64,000 nt of DNA from a virus: positions 36,465 through 100,464 of the IMG/VR virus record IMGVR_UViG_3300048589_001082, one strand, 5' to 3'. The notes beneath the pieces are model-generated. The model was not told the origin of the DNA. It did no database searches and saw only the letters and a program-made list of their open reading frames with translations. The translations under genes and the position numbers were made by a program. Below are positions 9,474 through 18,068 of this stretch, in pieces (position 1 is the stretch's first letter; every line of letters begins with the position of its first letter).

Positions 9474-9904
9474 CTCCACCTCGCTCCTCCCCGCTCCGCC
9501 AGGGCCGCTTCGGCGGCCATCTCGGCGGCGCACCAGGCGCACAGCGTCTCGTCCCCGGCCGACGGCCGCACCCCGCGGGCGTCCAGGCGCACTTCGCAGC
9601 GACGGCAGAGGCAGGCGCGCGGCGGGCGCGGCGCGTACCGGGGCGCGGCGCGGCCGTCTATCTCGGCATACGACACCCCACCGGCCACCAGCACATCGGT
9701 GATAAAGCGCGACCCCACGCCCGACACCCGCGCCGCCAGCGCCGCCGGGGTCAGGGATGTCTCATCCCGGAAGACCTCGACCATGCGGCGCGGCGAACCG
9801 AAGCGGGCCTCCACCAGCAGGCAACGGCGGTCATGGTCGGCCCAGGCCGACTTGTAGACCCGCAGCCCGCAGCGCGGGCACGTGTGCCAGCTTCCGTCGT
9901 GCAT
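9461..9904 (-). CDS. Cys-rich Zn-finger/HTH protein
   Basis: CPRC...H..C; CRRC...CAWC. Confidence 0.65.
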   Translation of the reverse strand: MHDGSWHTCPRCGLRVYKSAWADHDRRCLLVEARFGSPRRMVEVFRDETSLTPAALAARVSGVGSRFITDVLVAGGVSYAEIDGRAAPRYAPRPPRACLCRRCEVRLDARGVRPSAGDETLCAWCAAEMAAEAALAERGGARWSCAR

Positions 9905-10272
9905 CAGTTCACCGACGGCCAGCCCTCGGCCGCGATTGACAGGACGTGCTCCAGCCACGTCAGGGCGCTCGGCCCGGCCGCCTCCGACCAGCCGTGACGG
10001 GCGCAGACGGCGCGTATCTCGCGCAGGACGTTGTTGGCCAGCACCAGCGTCTCGCGCAGGTCGGCGTTCTCGGCCGCCAGCGCCTCGACCCGCCGCGCCG
10101 CCGTGCGCTCGAACTCCGCCAGCCGCGCTTCCTGGGCGTCCAGCTTGCGACCGGCCGCCGCCAGACGCTCGGCCATCGCCCCCTGCTGGCGCGCCACCGC
10201 CACCAGTTGGGCCGCGAGGTCGCCTTCCCCCGCGCCCGGCTCAACACTGTCTAACGGTTGATACTCGTTCAC
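9904..10272 (-). CDS. coiled-coil hypothetical protein
   Basis: ORF, TGATG coupling to next gene. Confidence 0.65.
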   Translation of the reverse strand: MNEYQPLDSVEPGAGEGDLAAQLVAVARQQGAMAERLAAAGRKLDAQEARLAEFERTAARRVEALAAENADLRETLVLANNVLREIRAVCARHGWSEAAGPSALTWLEHVLSIAAEGWPSVN

Positions 10273-10328
10273 CTTGCGCTCCGGTTCACCGCGCTATACC
10301 CTCTGCACTTGACGACGATACGCCGTCT

Positions 10329-10368
10329 ATTATAGCAAGTGGTTGCGATTTGTCCCAATCTGTACAAT
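10329..10368. promoter_or_regulatory. divergent promoters with central 20-bp operator
   Basis: Minus TATAAT 10329-10334; plus TACAAT 10363-10368, 7 nt before ATG (leaderless); GTGGTTGCGATTTGTCCCAA 10339-10358. Confidence 0.65.
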
Positions 10369-10375
10369 AAGGCGC

Positions 10376-11062
10376 ATGGACACGCGACCCAACCCCAAAT
10401 CCGTTCGCAACCGCGTCGTGGAGATGCGGCTGATCCGCGCCGGCGATCTGCTCGACCATGACGGCAACTGGCGCATCCACCCGCTGTACCAGCGCGAGGC
10501 CCTCGACGGCCGCCTGGAAACGGTCGGCATCACCGACGTGCTGAAGGTCTACCCCTCGGCCCGCGCCGGCGGGCGGCTGGTCATCATCGACGGCCACCTG
10601 CGGAAAGCGACCGACCCGGAACTGTACTGGCCCTGCGTCATCCTCGACCTCGATGACGAGGAGGCCGATGACGAACTGGCCTTCCACGACGCCATCGGCG
10701 CGTGGGCCGAAACCAACCCCATCGCGCTCAACGCCCTGCTGGAGAAGATGCGGGTTGAAAACGAGCGGGTGGCCGCCGCCCGCGACCGCTTGCAGGAGTC
10801 CATCGCCGACCAGGTGGAGATCGCCCGCCGCGCCCTGGGCGACCCGGCGGCGGCTCCGGCCCGCGAAGGCGTCTACGGCGGCTTTGCCCTGGCCCCGTCG
10901 GTCAAGGTAACGGTAGCCATCGGCGACGACCTGGCGACGGTCGAGCGGGCGCTGAAGGCCACCGGGCTGAAGAACCGCGCCGCCGCGCTGGGGGCGATCT
11001 GCTCCTACTACATCCACATGCACGAGAAGGGGCAGGCGGCCGCGGCCGAAGGGGAGGCGTAG
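10376..11062 (+). CDS. ParB N-terminal-domain protein
   Basis: NWRIHP..Q...L...G.....V...IIDGHLR motif typical of phage ParB-like proteins. Confidence 0.8.
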   Translation: MDTRPNPKSVRNRVVEMRLIRAGDLLDHDGNWRIHPLYQREALDGRLETVGITDVLKVYPSARAGGRLVIIDGHLRKATDPELYWPCVILDLDDEEADDELAFHDAIGAWAETNPIALNALLEKMRVENERVAAARDRLQESIADQVEIARRALGDPAAAPAREGVYGGFALAPSVKVTVAIGDDLATVERALKATGLKNRAAALGAICSYYIHMHEKGQAAAAEGEA

Positions 11063-11065
11063 ACG

Positions 11066-11719
11066 ATGGGCGCGAGACCCCCCAAGATGGACAACCTGAC
11101 CCTGAGCCAGAAGGTCATGCTCCGGCAGACCGCCCTGGCCGCCCTGGGCGGCGAGACGCCGGTCATCTGCGAGACCCACGGCGGCCGGGGCGACGTGTGG
11201 GCCGCCGTCTACAGCCACGTCGAAGACGGCGCGGTCTTTGAGACCGACCCGGACAAGAGCGTGCTGCTGGCGATGCAGCGGCCGACCTGGGCGGTGTATG
11301 AAGCCGACGTGGAGATGGCCCTGGCGGCCGGGGCGGCGGGTCACCTGACCTTCAACTACCTCGACGTAGACCCCTACGGCTCGTCGTGGGAGACGCTGGA
11401 GGCGTTCTTCGGCTCGACCCGTCCGCGCGCCCCGCGCATGGTGGTGGTGGTCAATGACGGGCTGCGCTTCAAGGCCCAGAGCGGATCGGCCTGGCAGGTC
11501 GAACGGCTGGCGCCCTTTGTCGAGCGCTACGGCAACCACGCCGTCCACCGCGACTACCCCACCCGCATCTGCCGCGAACTGATGACGCAGATGGCCGCGC
11601 TGGGCGGCTACACCATGCGGACGTTTGAGTCCTACGCCACCGGCCGCGAGCGGAAGATGGTCCATATGCTGGCGATACTGGAACAGGAAGCGCAACGCGA
11701 GACGGCCGCCGCGACCTAG
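11066..11719 (+). CDS. SAM-dependent methyltransferase-like protein (DPYG motif)
   Basis: ICETHGGRG (motif I-like), VFETD, YLDVDPYGS. Confidence 0.7.
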   Translation: MGARPPKMDNLTLSQKVMLRQTALAALGGETPVICETHGGRGDVWAAVYSHVEDGAVFETDPDKSVLLAMQRPTWAVYEADVEMALAAGAAGHLTFNYLDVDPYGSSWETLEAFFGSTRPRAPRMVVVVNDGLRFKAQSGSAWQVERLAPFVERYGNHAVHRDYPTRICRELMTQMAALGGYTMRTFESYATGRERKMVHMLAILEQEAQRETAAAT

Positions 11720-12006
11720 ACCTCGTAAGGCCCGCCTCCCCCGCCCCGCTCGATCTGCTCTCGTGTCGAGCGCCCGGCCTCGTACTGAGCATCGCGGTGC
11801 CGGGCGTCCAACTCGCGGGCGCGCTGAACGACGGCCGCCCACTCGTTGTTGGACTGCATGATCTGCTGCTGCTCCGGCATCAACGGGCCCGACCACACGG
11901 CAGCGGCGTACGCCTGCAACTCTAACAACTGCTCTGCCGCCTGCATCATCTCGTCCCACAGGTCTTCGGGCACGCTGACGTGCCCGCGGCTGGTGATGTA
12001 TGTCAT
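11716..12006 (-). CDS. hypothetical protein
   Basis: ORF with RBS, convergent with MTase. Confidence 0.65.
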   Translation of the reverse strand: MTYITSRGHVSVPEDLWDEMMQAAEQLLELQAYAAAVWSGPLMPEQQQIMQSNNEWAAVVQRARELDARHRDAQYEAGRSTREQIERGGGGGPYEV

Positions 12007-12018
12007 TCTGTTCCCCTG

Positions 12019-12393
12019 TTAGTTGTCGTCCGGCCGGGCCGGCGGGTGAATCGTCGCCCGCGCCTCGCGGGTGGCGCACCACCACCCGGCCTTATTCATC
12101 GGCCGCAGTTCGATCTCCTCCAGCGAGACGCGGGGGAAGGTGACTTCCGAACCGCCGGGCCGGTTCTCCGTGGCGATCATCTGGAAGTAGGGCAAGCGGC
12201 CGGTCGCATGTAGTCGTTCACGCTCTCCAGGCGTGTGGGCGGTCATCACAGCCACGGCCGCCGCGTCCGCCGTGAACCACAACAGGTTAAGCGTGCCGGC
12301 CACCCCCTCAATGACCGTGGCCTCGACGTAGCCGGTTATCGTGCCGGCCATGTTGGCGACGCGGATGTTGATGTACTCTGATCTACCAAACAT
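12019..12393 (-). CDS. hypothetical protein
   Basis: Start MFGRSEY. Confidence 0.6.
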   Translation of the reverse strand: MFGRSEYINIRVANMAGTITGYVEATVIEGVAGTLNLLWFTADAAAVAVMTAHTPGERERLHATGRLPYFQMIATENRPGGSEVTFPRVSLEEIELRPMNKAGWWCATREARATIHPPARPDDN

Positions 12394-12397
12394 GAGG

Positions 12398-12772
12398 TTA
12401 TCCTGTCTCCCTCTCCGCGGCCGTGTCAATGGCCCGGACGTAGCGCACGTCGCGGGGCCATACCCGGTAGCGGCTCCACGTCGCGCTCGGCTGGTCAACG
12501 TCGTCCGGCCACAGGTAGTTGTCCTCGTCGTCGCCGTACCACTGGAGCCATAGCTCGTCCGGCGGCGCACCTGTCTCCGGCTCGTCGGCCGGGTGCTTCA
12601 ACTCGGCCAGCTCGTCCTTCAGCTTCTCCACCCGGCCGCGCAGCGCCTCGTTCTCGGCCTGCATCAGGTAGTAGTCGGCCGCCGTCAGTCCGGCGGTGAT
12701 GAGCGCGTCCTCGGCGTCTACCACGATCTCGGTTCCGTCGGCACGACGGATGGTGACTGTCTGACTACCCAT
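12398..12772 (-). CDS. hypothetical phage protein
   Basis: coupled ORF. Confidence 0.7.
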   Translation of the reverse strand: MGSQTVTIRRADGTEIVVDAEDALITAGLTAADYYLMQAENEALRGRVEKLKDELAELKHPADEPETGAPPDELWLQWYGDDEDNYLWPDDVDQPSATWSRYRVWPRDVRYVRAIDTAAERETG

Positions 12773-13067
12773 AGCGTGCCTCTACCCTGACGGCTTGCTC
12801 AGCCTCATTGCGCTCGGCCATCTCGATCAGCTCGTCCAGGCGCTCGCCCTGCGTCCAGCCGTCGTTCGTCGCCAGCTTCGCTACCAGCAGCATCAGGTTG
12901 TGACCCGGCAGGCCGGCCGGGTCGCCGTCTCGATACTCGACGCAGTTGCGAACGAGGCGCAACTCGCGCGCGGTGAAAAAGTCGGCAATGTACGGCGCTT
13001 GCTCCGCCCACTGCGCACGATCCGTCTGCTCCAACTCGGCCGCTCGTTCATCTGACAAAGGTTCCAC
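12765..13067 (-). CDS. hypothetical phage protein
   Basis: GGAGG RBS; NCVEY...DPAGLPGHNLMLLVAKL. Confidence 0.7.
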   Translation of the reverse strand: MEPLSDERAAELEQTDRAQWAEQAPYIADFFTARELRLVRNCVEYRDGDPAGLPGHNLMLLVAKLATNDGWTQGERLDELIEMAERNEAEQAVRVEARYG

Positions 13068-13105
13068 TGTTATCCTCCGTTCGTTATCGTTCTCGTCGCG
13101 GCCGA

Positions 13106-13240
13106 CTACCGGCCCCGGCCCGCCCGGCGGCCGTTCGTGACGCGCCGCGCGACCCAGACGCCGGCCGCCAGAACGGCCAGCGTGCCGGGGGCCAGGCAGA
13201 AAAAGAACTCGACCAAGTAACTTGCTTCACCAAACATCAT
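13106..13240 (-). CDS. small single-TM protein
   Basis: MMFGEASY... hydrophobic core and basic tail; TAATG coupling. Confidence 0.5.
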   Translation of the reverse strand: MMFGEASYLVEFFFCLAPGTLAVLAAGVWVARRVTNGRRAGRGR

Positions 13241-13605
13241 TACTCTCCTGTTGTTGGCGTGACGGCCGCCGGCCCGGATAGCTGCAACCGCCACAGATTG
13301 AGTGTTCGCCCGGAGCGCGTCGTCTCCGTACCATCCAGCGCAAAGCCCATTGCCGCGTACCAGCCGTTGGCCGGCAGTTCCGCCGGGCACTTGGCGAAGA
13401 GACTCGTCGCCCCGGCCGCCCGCGCTTTCTTCTTGAGCAGGTTCAGCAGCAGGCGGCCGACGCCCTGTCCCTGGTGGTCGCGCTGGACGATGATCTCCCG
13501 GATGGTCAACTGCCCGTCGCGGCGCACGTGGTAGTGGCACATGCCGTGCTCGACCAGCAGCAGTTCGCCGCGCTCGTTAGACTCGTTCAGGGTCTCGAAG
13601 ATCAT
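13240..13605 (-). CDS. GNAT-family acetyltransferase
   Basis: IREIIV..DHQGQGVGRLLL (motif A); ANGWYAAMGF (motif B). Confidence 0.9.
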   Translation of the reverse strand: MIFETLNESNERGELLLVEHGMCHYHVRRDGQLTIREIIVQRDHQGQGVGRLLLNLLKKKARAAGATSLFAKCPAELPANGWYAAMGFALDGTETTRSGRTLNLWRLQLSGPAAVTPTTGE

Positions 13606-14279
13606 GGCTCCACCGCCGGCAGGGACTTAGGACGCCACGCCAGAACCAGATCGTCGTAGACCGACAGGCGCTCCCCGATCCAGTAGCCCGGCGCGTCCTC
13701 GTCGTCCGGGTGGTTGCTGTGAACGTAACTGGCGTTAAGAATGACCTCGCACGCCTGGCCGTTCTCCGTCGGTCGCTCCGCCATTGGCCGGAAGCGGCGG
13801 TCGCCCGGCGCACTAGGCGGCAGTACCTCGGCCGCCGCTTGCAGTTCGGCCACACGGTCGCGGTTTTCCCTGATCGCGTCGAGGATGCTCTGTCGCGTTG
13901 CCGTTTGCCAGTCCAGGCCGAGGGCCGTGGCAATGTCGTTCGCTCTGTCCCACGCGGCAAAGCCGTCTTCAATCAGAACGTCCAGGGCGGCGCTGAGCGC
14001 GTCCAGATCGGCCCGGCTGGCGTCGGGCAAGCCCGGCAGGGCGTACAGCCTCCTTAGCGCCCGCGACGCCTTGCAGGTCGCGCACTGGCATTGGCCGTCA
14101 TCTACTTCTTCCGCGGCGCGGTGTAGCTGCACGACATAGCGTTTCATCTTGGCCAGCGTCTCGGTTAGCGCCGTCACCTGCCGCCGCAACTGGTCAACAT
14201 CTTCGCTCGCGCCGGTCAGCAGGGCCGCCCAGGTCGCCTGCTCCTCATCGTGCGTGATCGCAGTCACATTGATGGGCAT
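13602..14279 (-). CDS. hypothetical coiled-coil protein
   Basis: coupled ORF with GGAGG RBS. Confidence 0.7.
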   Translation of the reverse strand: MPINVTAITHDEEQATWAALLTGASEDVDQLRRQVTALTETLAKMKRYVVQLHRAAEEVDDGQCQCATCKASRALRRLYALPGLPDASRADLDALSAALDVLIEDGFAAWDRANDIATALGLDWQTATRQSILDAIRENRDRVAELQAAAEVLPPSAPGDRRFRPMAERPTENGQACEVILNASYVHSNHPDDEDAPGYWIGERLSVYDDLVLAWRPKSLPAVEP

Positions 14280-14288
14280 GGCTCCTCC

Positions 14289-14540
14289 CTACCAGATCGA
14301 CCCGGCCGTAAGCGCCGAGGCCATCCCGCAGGCGGAGATGACCAGAAAGGCGCAGACCGCCAGCACAATGAGCAGCAGCAGCAACCCCGCTACGCCCAGC
14401 CGCTCCGTGCCGGGGGCGTAGTGGGGTTTCTCCGGCGGCCGTCCGCCGGGCGGGTTGACGTTGACCTCCTGCCCCGCGCTGCCCTTGGGCAGCGACCAGA
14501 TGTTGACTTCCTGATCCGCCTTCTTCTGCTTGTGTTTCAT
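14289..14540 (-). CDS. single-TM protein
   Basis: LGVAGLLLLLIVLAVCAFLVISAC. Confidence 0.65.
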   Translation of the reverse strand: MKHKQKKADQEVNIWSLPKGSAGQEVNVNPPGGRPPEKPHYAPGTERLGVAGLLLLLIVLAVCAFLVISACGMASALTAGSIW

Positions 14541-14567
14541 GGTTCGCCTCCAGAGTTCCCCGCTCCT

Positions 14568-15266
14568 CTACTCCTCCCCCGGCGCAAGCCACCGCTCGCC
14601 GGGCAGGACAATACCGCGCGCCCCGTCCCCCTCCAGGCCGACGCGGCCGTCCTCGGCCAGCCGCAGCAGCCAGTACTTGACCGCCGTCTTCGACCCCAGT
14701 CCCGACAGCGCCACCAGTTCGCCGTGGGTCGGGCTACGGCCGCCGTGCGCGCGCTTGTAGGCCACAATGCAGGCGTAGAGCGCGCCGGCCTGTCCGCTCT
14801 GCGGCCGGGCACGGCGCGGCTTGCGGTCGGTTCCCTCGCGCCGCCGCGCCAGCCACGCATCCACGTCAGCCCGCGCGAAACGAACGCGCTTGCCGACCCG
14901 CGCCGAAGGCGTCAGGCGGCCGTCGCGGATGGCCTTCTCCACCGCCTGGCGGCTCAGCCCGGCCGCGGCGGCGACATCGTTGATGGTCAGCAGTTCCCTG
15001 TCGTTCGTCATCTCAACCCGTTCTCCTCCCTCCGGCGCAAGCCACCGCTCGCCGGGTAGCGCGATCTCGCGGCCGTGGCCGAAGCCGGACGGCGCGATGC
15101 GGCCGACGACCGCCAGTTGTTCCAGATACGCCTGGGCCACCGCGGTCGAGCGGACGCCCAGCCCGCGGGCCACGTCCCGCAGCGCCGGGCTACGGCCGCC
15201 GTGCGCCCGCTTGTAGGCCACGATACCGGCGTAGACGCTCTCCAGCGCCCAGGGCGACACGTACAC
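14568..15266 (-). CDS. tripartite regulator: LexA-type wHTH, excisionase-type HTH, LexA-type wHTH
   Basis: YA.IVAYKRAHGGRSP...L...GR....G..R.I.LPGERWLAP twice, flanking LLTINDVAAAAGLSRQAVEKAIRDGRL. Confidence 0.8.
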   Translation of the reverse strand: MYVSPWALESVYAGIVAYKRAHGGRSPALRDVARGLGVRSTAVAQAYLEQLAVVGRIAPSGFGHGREIALPGERWLAPEGGERVEMTNDRELLTINDVAAAAGLSRQAVEKAIRDGRLTPSARVGKRVRFARADVDAWLARRREGTDRKPRRARPQSGQAGALYACIVAYKRAHGGRSPTHGELVALSGLGSKTAVKYWLLRLAEDGRVGLEGDGARGIVLPGERWLAPGEE

Positions 15267-15270
15267 CGCT

Positions 15271-15492
15271 TCACTCCGCCGCCGCCGCGCGCCGGGCGTG
15301 CATCGCCCGGCGGTCGCGGGCGCTCTGGCGGCCGACGTGGTACTTGCCGCACCACTGGCAGCGGTAAGCCGACCACGTGCCGCCCAGGAACGACTTCCGC
15401 AGTTTGGCCGCGGCGATGCCCGCGTCCTGCATGGTGGCGTGGGCTACCTTGCCCTCGCACGACCGGCGGCGCTGGTGACGCTTGGATGCCAT
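15271..15492 (-). CDS. small Zn-binding phage protein
   Basis: CEGK...AYRCQWCGKYHVG. Confidence 0.7.
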   Translation of the reverse strand: MASKRHQRRRSCEGKVAHATMQDAGIAAAKLRKSFLGGTWSAYRCQWCGKYHVGRQSARDRRAMHARRAAAAE

Positions 15493-15494
15493 CA

Positions 15495-15902
15495 CTACCC
15501 TCCCACCCCGGCCGCGACCGGAGCCGGTTCCGGCGACGGGGGGAGCAGCTTCGCCACGCAGCGATCGCACAGGTAGAGGCACTCGATGCCGACCCGCTTG
15601 GGCCGTACCGACGTGTTGACGTCGCAGTTATCGCAAACACCCGACACCCGCACGATCTCCGGGGCGCGTTCCCACTCGGCCCGGCCCCGGTCGGTGACGA
15701 CGTAGACGGCCGCCGCGCCCTCCTCGCGCCGGATGTACTCCCGGTCGAAGAGAACGGCGAAGACCCCCTTGCCCACCGTCCGCTGGTCGGGATATAGCTC
15801 GTAGCGGTTGGTCGTCCCGTTGTAGACGAGACGGCCGCCCGGCTTGACCAGTCCGTTCAATGCCTGAAACGTTGAGCTGATGCACATGGCAATCCTCCAC
15901 AC
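15495..15902 (-). CDS. hypothetical protein with C-terminal CxxC pairs
   Basis: CDNC...CDRC. Confidence 0.6.
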   Translation of the reverse strand: MWRIAMCISSTFQALNGLVKPGGRLVYNGTTNRYELYPDQRTVGKGVFAVLFDREYIRREEGAAAVYVVTDRGRAEWERAPEIVRVSGVCDNCDVNTSVRPKRVGIECLYLCDRCVAKLLPPSPEPAPVAAGVGG

Positions 15903-15909
15903 TTACCCA

Positions 15910-16374
15910 CTACTCAAACGCCATCTCATGCGGCGAGATCGCCGCCTCGTCCGCGCATATCTCCCAAAGCTCCACCTTGACCAGATCGCGCGGCCCCCAG
16001 ACCTTGATGCACTCCACCCAGGCCACGGCCGAATCCTCTTCGAGCAGGGCGTCCATGACCCAGCCGAGCAAATTGTCAGCGTCGGGCTTCGTCAGGCAGG
16101 GTGTCCACAGCGCGGCGGCCCGCCTGGCCTTCGACCACGATGCCGGGATGCGCCGGGTAGTTGTCACCTTTATGGCCACCGGCAGGCGCAGCGTCACCGA
16201 ACCGAACGACTGGCGCAGCACGTCGCGGGCACGCAAATATTCAGATGGCATGTAAGTGCCCTTGACCGTCACCCGCGGCCGGGCCTTGCCGTGGCCGGCC
16301 ATCGGCACCAGCGCCGCCTGATAGGTCGTGTCGGCCCAATGCCGCACGCCGTCGGCCGTCGTCCACGTTCTCAT
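15910..16374 (-). CDS. rusA: RusA-family Holliday junction resolvase
   Basis: GKARPRV...IPASWSK...KPDADNL....MDALL.EDSAV...K. Confidence 0.9.
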   Translation of the reverse strand: MRTWTTADGVRHWADTTYQAALVPMAGHGKARPRVTVKGTYMPSEYLRARDVLRQSFGSVTLRLPVAIKVTTTRRIPASWSKARRAAALWTPCLTKPDADNLLGWVMDALLEEDSAVAWVECIKVWGPRDLVKVELWEICADEAAISPHEMAFE

Positions 16375-17030
16375 CGCGCCTGCCTCTCTAACTCGGCGGC
16401 GCAGTCCAGCCGTAGCGTGGCCAGCGCCTGCAAGTGCGTGGCGAACGGCACGTCCACCGTCCCGCCGAGCCGGTTGAGAAAGGCGCGGGCAAACCTGGGC
16501 AGGCCGTCATCCGGCCCCAGGTAGGACACCATCGACGCCTTGGGCGGCGACCCATCGGCCGCGGCCAGCGCGTGCAGATCGACCGGCGCCGCCGAGGTCA
16601 GTCCGGGCAGACCCGGCTGCGCGGCCGTCCGCGCCTCCCAGCCGGGCACGTAGGCGATGCGCCCTTCGGGATACCAGCGCGGGAAGCACATCAGCATCCG
16701 CGCCCAGGCCGTGTCCAGCGAGGCGAAGGTGATGACGCACGCCTCGGTGACGTGGCCGGCGGCGTGCTCGGCCACCAGCTTGCGGATGAACCGGGCGTTG
16801 TCGTAAAACGGCGGATTCATCCAGACCCGCCCGCCCCACGCCCGCGTCAGGCCGTCGTCGGCGATGGTGAAAAGCCGCGTCGCGCCGACCCGCTCATTGG
16901 CCGCGGCCGAGGAAGCCGGGTCGAGGTCGATGCCGCCCATCACCGCTCGCGCCGCGTCGATGATGGGTTGTGGTGTCCACCACTCCATCTGGCCGGAGTC
17001 CTGCTGGATAAGCCTGACCGTATCGCTCAT
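16371..17030 (-). CDS. phage DNA N6-adenine methyltransferase
   Basis: EWWTP..II.AAR.VMGGIDLDPAS...DGL...W.GRVWMNPPF. Confidence 0.9.
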   Translation of the reverse strand: MSDTVRLIQQDSGQMEWWTPQPIIDAARAVMGGIDLDPASSAAANERVGATRLFTIADDGLTRAWGGRVWMNPPFYDNARFIRKLVAEHAAGHVTEACVITFASLDTAWARMLMCFPRWYPEGRIAYVPGWEARTAAQPGLPGLTSAAPVDLHALAAADGSPPKASMVSYLGPDDGLPRFARAFLNRLGGTVDVPFATHLQALATLRLDCAAELERQAR

Positions 17031-17383
17031 GTCCCTTTATCCCCCTCCGCGTCGCGCAGGCAGCGCAGGGCGATCATCTCCCGCACCGCCGGATTGCGGC
17101 CGTCGGCCTCCAGTAGTACCCGCGCGTAGGCTTCGCCGTTGTCCTTGACCCGGTAGCTGAACTCGACGCGACCGTAGCGGCCCAGCGGCCCCCGAAGGTA
17201 GGGCAGGATGACCTGCACCCGGCGGCCCGGCGCGGGCAGCGCCGCCAGATGCGCTCCCTCGCTCAATCGCTTCAGCCGCGCCTCGGCCGCGTTCAACGCC
17301 TCGTCATCACCCGGCCACGGGTTATGGCCCGCCGCCAGCAGCGCGTTGTAGTCGTCCATCGCGGCGGTCAGTACGTCGCTCAT
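17027..17383 (-). CDS. hypothetical protein
   Basis: ATGA-coupled ORF. Confidence 0.65.
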   Translation of the reverse strand: MSDVLTAAMDDYNALLAAGHNPWPGDDEALNAAEARLKRLSEGAHLAALPAPGRRVQVILPYLRGPLGRYGRVEFSYRVKDNGEAYARVLLEADGRNPAVREMIALRCLRDAEGDKGT

Positions 17384-17697
17384 GTCCATCTTGCTCTCCC
17401 AGCGACCGTCTCGACCGCCCATAGCCCCGCCTCTATGGCCGCCAGCTTGCAGCGCAGCGCGTGGGCCTCCTGGACGGCGGCCACGAGGGCCGCGTCATCC
17501 AGTTCGCCCCGCTCCATCCGGTCGCGCAGGGCCGCGGCCCGCGCACCCAGAAGAGCGGCTGAGACCTGAGCGTCGGTCGTGTCGGCCCGCAGCTCGCCGC
17601 GCAGGATGCGACGGCGCAACTCGGCCTGCTCGGCGGCCGTCGCCGCCGGGCGTGTCCAGGTCGTGGGGATAAGGGCGGCCAAGTCCTTGAGATTCAT
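17380..17697 (-). CDS. hypothetical protein
   Basis: GGAGG RBS, start MNLKDL. Confidence 0.65.
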   Translation of the reverse strand: MNLKDLAALIPTTWTRPAATAAEQAELRRRILRGELRADTTDAQVSAALLGARAAALRDRMERGELDDAALVAAVQEAHALRCKLAAIEAGLWAVETVAGRARWT

Positions 17698-17708
17698 ACT
17701 GTCCTCCG

Positions 17709-18068
17709 TCACGAGGCGCGGATTTCCCGCGTCTCGAAAAAGCCCTCCAGCTCCGGGTACTCGCGCATGAGCAACCGGGCGTAGTGGGCGGTGAAGTCGT
17801 TGTTGATGCGGAAGTCGTCGCCGCGCGTCTGCACCTGGTACTGGTAGCGCAAGACCTCCACCAGCGCCTTGATGCCGTAGCGCGTCCGGCCTTGCCGCCG
17901 CAGGGCCAGGGCCATGTCCGCCAGCAGCCGGGCCACGTGGGGGTTGGCCTCGTGGAACGCCTCGAAGCGTTCGGCAATGGTCATCTCGCGCCGGTAGTCC
18001 GGTTCGACCACGGCCGGGAACAGCGACAGTTGAGTAGCGGTTACTTGAGTCGCTTGCGCTTGCATCAC
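17709..18068 (-). CDS. conserved phage protein
   Basis: FEAFHEANPHV...GIKALVEVLRY...FRINND..AHYARL; QLSLF motif. Confidence 0.8.
   Translation of the reverse strand: MMQAQATQVTATQLSLFPAVVEPDYRREMTIAERFEAFHEANPHVARLLADMALALRRQGRTRYGIKALVEVLRYQYQVQTRGDDFRINNDFTAHYARLLMREYPELEGFFETREIRAS

Noticed and set aside
10286-12085. 599-aa minus-strand ORF
   Set aside because: Antisense shadow of the plus-strand ParB and MTase genes; no motifs.
14568-15266. Near-identical repeat pair as DGR template/variable repeats
   Set aside because: No reverse transcriptase in the window, and the differences are not adenine-specific.
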